Source: Macrostomum lignano (lineage: Eukaryota). From it: a stretch of 64,000 nucleotides of DNA. The stretch lies in assembly GCA_002269645.1 (NCBI GenBank), contig NIVC01001846.1, forward strand, positions 20,573-84,572, in the 5' to 3' direction. The position numbers and the translations under genes are program-made. A model generated the notes under the pieces. It saw only the letters and a list, made by a program, of their open reading frames with translations, ran no database searches and was not told the DNA's origin. How positions within the stretch are numbered: the first letter of the stretch is position 1; every line of letters starts with the position of its first letter. Shown one piece after another: positions 60,700 through 64,000 of this stretch.

Positions 60700-61095
60700 T
60701 TGGCGCCAAAAGCAACTGATTGACGCTAAAAACAACCGATTGACGCTAAAAAACAACCGATTGACGCTAAAAACAACCTATTGGCGCCAAAAACAACCGA
60801 TTGGTGCCAAAGCAACCTATTGGCGCCAAAAGCAACCTATTGGTGCCAAAACAACAGATTGGTGCCAGAAACAACTGATTGGCGCAAAAACAACCGATTG
60901 TTTAAAACAACCGATTGGTGTAAAAAAACAACTGATTGGCGCCAAAAACAACGATTGGTGCCAAAAACAACCGATTGGCGCCAAAAACGACCGATTGTCT
61001 AAAACAACCGATTGGCGCCAAAAACAACCGATTGGCGCCAAAAACGACCGATTGACCGATTATCTAAAACAAACCGATTGGCGCCAAAAACAACT
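60700..61095. repeat. About 21-bp degenerate minisatellite (AAAACAACCGATTGGCGCCA)
   Basis: Directly visible tandem units. Confidence 0.9.
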
Positions 61096-61714
61096 GATGG
61101 ACGCAAGTGAAAGGACACCAGAGGCATCAAGGACGCCTCAGAAACAGCAAGTGGCCCCTAACACCTCCACAACATCCATTATTTTTTTGTACAGAATCCA
61201 GAAAGCTTTTGCCGAAAAGTTGTGTATCAACCGCAATCAAGTATGCCATATATATTTATGTATATGCATAGATTAGCCCACTTCAACCGAAATTCAAGCA
61301 ATAAAAGCATGCGACCACTCTCAACCCCAGCTACGCCGAGAGCAGCAACACCGATTCAATCAGTCCAATTTTGAATTTCATTTCAAGCCATATATTATAG
61401 AGCCAGTCACAGCGAGTCCCCAGGCACGCACCTGCCAAAACAGGAGTCACGCGCACCTAGGCCAGCGAGACCGCAACCAAAGGCGGCGGCGTGACCAAAC
61501 ACACTCAAGCTTATTAAATTCTAATGAAAGTTCGACCGGACTCAAGTCTCCACTCGCAGATAGGCGAGCGAGACACGCGCGCAGCCAAATACCTACATCC
61601 CCAACCCCCCCCCCCCCCGGCAGGTTGGGCGATGGAGAATTTCCGGCATGAATGTTTTCCCCGTGTTTGAGGTTGTATAGCTCGTAACAGAATCCTGCAT
61701 TGATCTGCCTCCAT

Positions 61715-63150
61715 CTCCTCTCATCTCTTCTCTCCTTCCAATCTCAACTCTCTTCCTCCCATCTCCTCTCTCCCGTCTCAACTCTCTCACTCCTATCTCC
61801 TCTCTCCCTCCCATCCCCACTCTCCCTCCCATCCCCACTCTCCCTCCCATCTCCACTCTCCCTCCCATCCCCACTCTCCCTCCCATCTCCACTCTCCCTC
61901 CCATCTCCTCTCTCCCTCCCATCTCCACTCTCCCTCCCATCTCCTCTCTCCCTCATCTCCCCATCTCCTCTCTCCCTCCCATCCCCACTCTCCCTCCCAT
62001 CTCCTCTCTCCCTCCCATCCCCACTCTCCCATCTCCACTCTCCCATCTCCACTCTCCCATCCCACTCTCCCATCCCCACTCTCCATCCCCACTCTCCCAT
62101 CTCCACTCTCCCATCCCACTCTCCCATCCCACTCTCCCTCCCATCTCCTCTCTCCCTCCCATCCCACTCTCCCGTCTCCACTCTCCCTCCCATCCCCACT
62201 CTCCCGTCTCCACTCTCCCTTCCATCCCCACTCATCCATCCCCACTCTCCCATCCCCACTCTCCCATCTCCACTCTCCCATCCCCACTCTCCCATCCCAC
62301 TCTCCATCCCACTCTCCCATCTCCACTCTCCCATCTCACTCTCCCATCCCACTCTCCCATCCCCACTCTCCCATCCCACTCTCCCATCCCCACTCTCCGA
62401 TCTCCACTCTCCCATCCCTACTCTCCCATCCCCACTCTCCATCCCCACTCTCCATCCCCACTCTCCCATCCCCACTCTCCCATCTCCACTCTCCCATCTC
62501 CACTCTCCCATCCCCACTCTCCATCTCCACTCTCCATCCCCACTCTCCATCCCACTCTCCCATCCCACTCTCCCATCCCCACTCTCCCATCCCCACTCTC
62601 CCATCTCCACTCTCCATCCCCACTCTCCCATCCCACTCTCCCATCTCCACCTCCCATCCCCACTCTCCCATCCCACTCTCCCATCTCCACTCTCCCATCC
62701 CACTCTCCCATCTCCACTCTCCCATCCCACTCTCCCATCCACTCTCCCATCCCCACTCTCCCGTCTCCACTCTCCCTCCCATCCCCACTCTCCCGTCTCC
62801 ACTCTCCCTTCCATCCCACTCACCCATCCCACCTCCCATCCCCACTCTCCCATCCCACTCTCCCATCTCCACTCTCCCTCCCATCCCCACTCTCCCTTCC
62901 ATCTCCACTCTCCCTCCCATTTCCTCTCCCTCTTATCCCCACTCTCCCATCTCACTCTCCCATCCCCACTCTCCCATCACTCTCCGTCCAATCTCCTCTC
63001 TCCATCTCCACTCTCTCCTCCGATCTCAACTCTCTTCCTCTCATATTCACTTTCCCTCTATCTCACTTTCTCTCCCTCACTCTCACCTCTCCCACTCTTC
63101 TGCAGTCACATCACAGTCTTCACTCACCTCTGCGATTCTTCCCCTGTCTC
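61715..63150. repeat. Long pyrimidine-rich satellite (CTCCCATCCCCACT family)
   Basis: Directly visible tandem units. Confidence 0.95.
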
Positions 63151-64000
63151 ATTCCTCCTCTCTCCCCTTCTCACCCTTACCAGCCTTGACCATCTGGCTC
63201 CTTTGTCCACAATGTCAAGTGTCAATTGCTTATTGAAGTTTCAGGCATCACGCCGCTTTTTAAATGTAGACATGCGCAGAGAAATCTGGAATTTCATTCC
63301 TAATAAACAAATATATCTTGGTAACCGCAGACCGGGCACCTGAAGAAAATATTTCCCTAAGCTCAAAGCGTCTCATTTCCGGACACTTTTGCATCGCCGA
63401 CCCCCGCCGCAAAGTTTGTCCAGCTGGATCACTGCAGGGTCACCTCTACTCCCCCCCCCATCTATCTGACCTCGAAAAACTTCGAATATTGAGAAATGAA
63501 AACAAGGCGAACGAATGATGACGGATGTATGTTGTTCTGTTTAGGCGCATGCCTTCAGAGGACGCTGGCGCATGCAGATGGCTGTTGGATATATTGAAAA
63601 TCAGTAGGAAAACAGCTCTGATGATGAAGTTTCTCACTGCGGTTGTGTTTTAAGTGCCGACGTTGCATAGAGATACCGAACGAGCGAGCGCTGACTCGCT
63701 TAGGAACTAGCTCAGTCTTATGAGGCATGAGTCCATCCAGGAGGTGTGGTTGAGCAAACACCGCGTTCTCAACTCCCTTCTCGCGCCTCCTATCTCTGCG
63801 TTACTGTTTGCTAACTTTGTAGCGGACACAGTGACAGCAAGTCACTATAATCCAAGAGGCGACCGGACGGAGACACGGCATGGAATCCTAACAAACAGCG
63901 GTAGCCGCTTCTGAAGTCTGGCAAGGGGCGGAAGGGTCAAATCTCAGGAAACGAGAGGCGCGTGCCGTCATGGAATGGCGGTTGCTTCAAATTCACGGAA

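Overview
Eukaryotic (animal) genomic DNA with GT-AG introns, GC-rich exons, AT-rich spacers and many minisatellites. The style suggests a repeat-rich invertebrate such as a free-living flatworm, but that is inference only. (1) 1-12 kb: four tandem minus-strand copies of a C2H2 zinc-finger gene with near-identical 84-bp fingers. One is cut by the window edge, one is scrambled, one is split by a 4.3-kb CMC/EnSpm-type DNA element (itself carrying a Mutator-like foldback), and one has a dead last finger. (2) 13.6-17 kb: two hAT-type MITEs and a decayed spliced BEN-domain-like gene. (3) 17.5-22 kb: the 3' half of a Gypsy element whose integrase is interrupted by a 1.86-kb non-coding LTR element. 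(4) 23 kb: a tandem array of hairpin-bearing units. (5) 25.3-31 kb: a nearly intronless minus-strand gene joining about 19 ankyrin repeats to a TRPM-type channel, with frameshifts. This is the most unusual coding feature. (6) 37.9-47.2 kb: a complete 8-exon PLK4 gene with an intact mariner in intron 1. (7) 47.6-64 kb: minisatellite-dominated sequence with no identifiable gene. No rRNA, tRNA or CRISPR features are supported.
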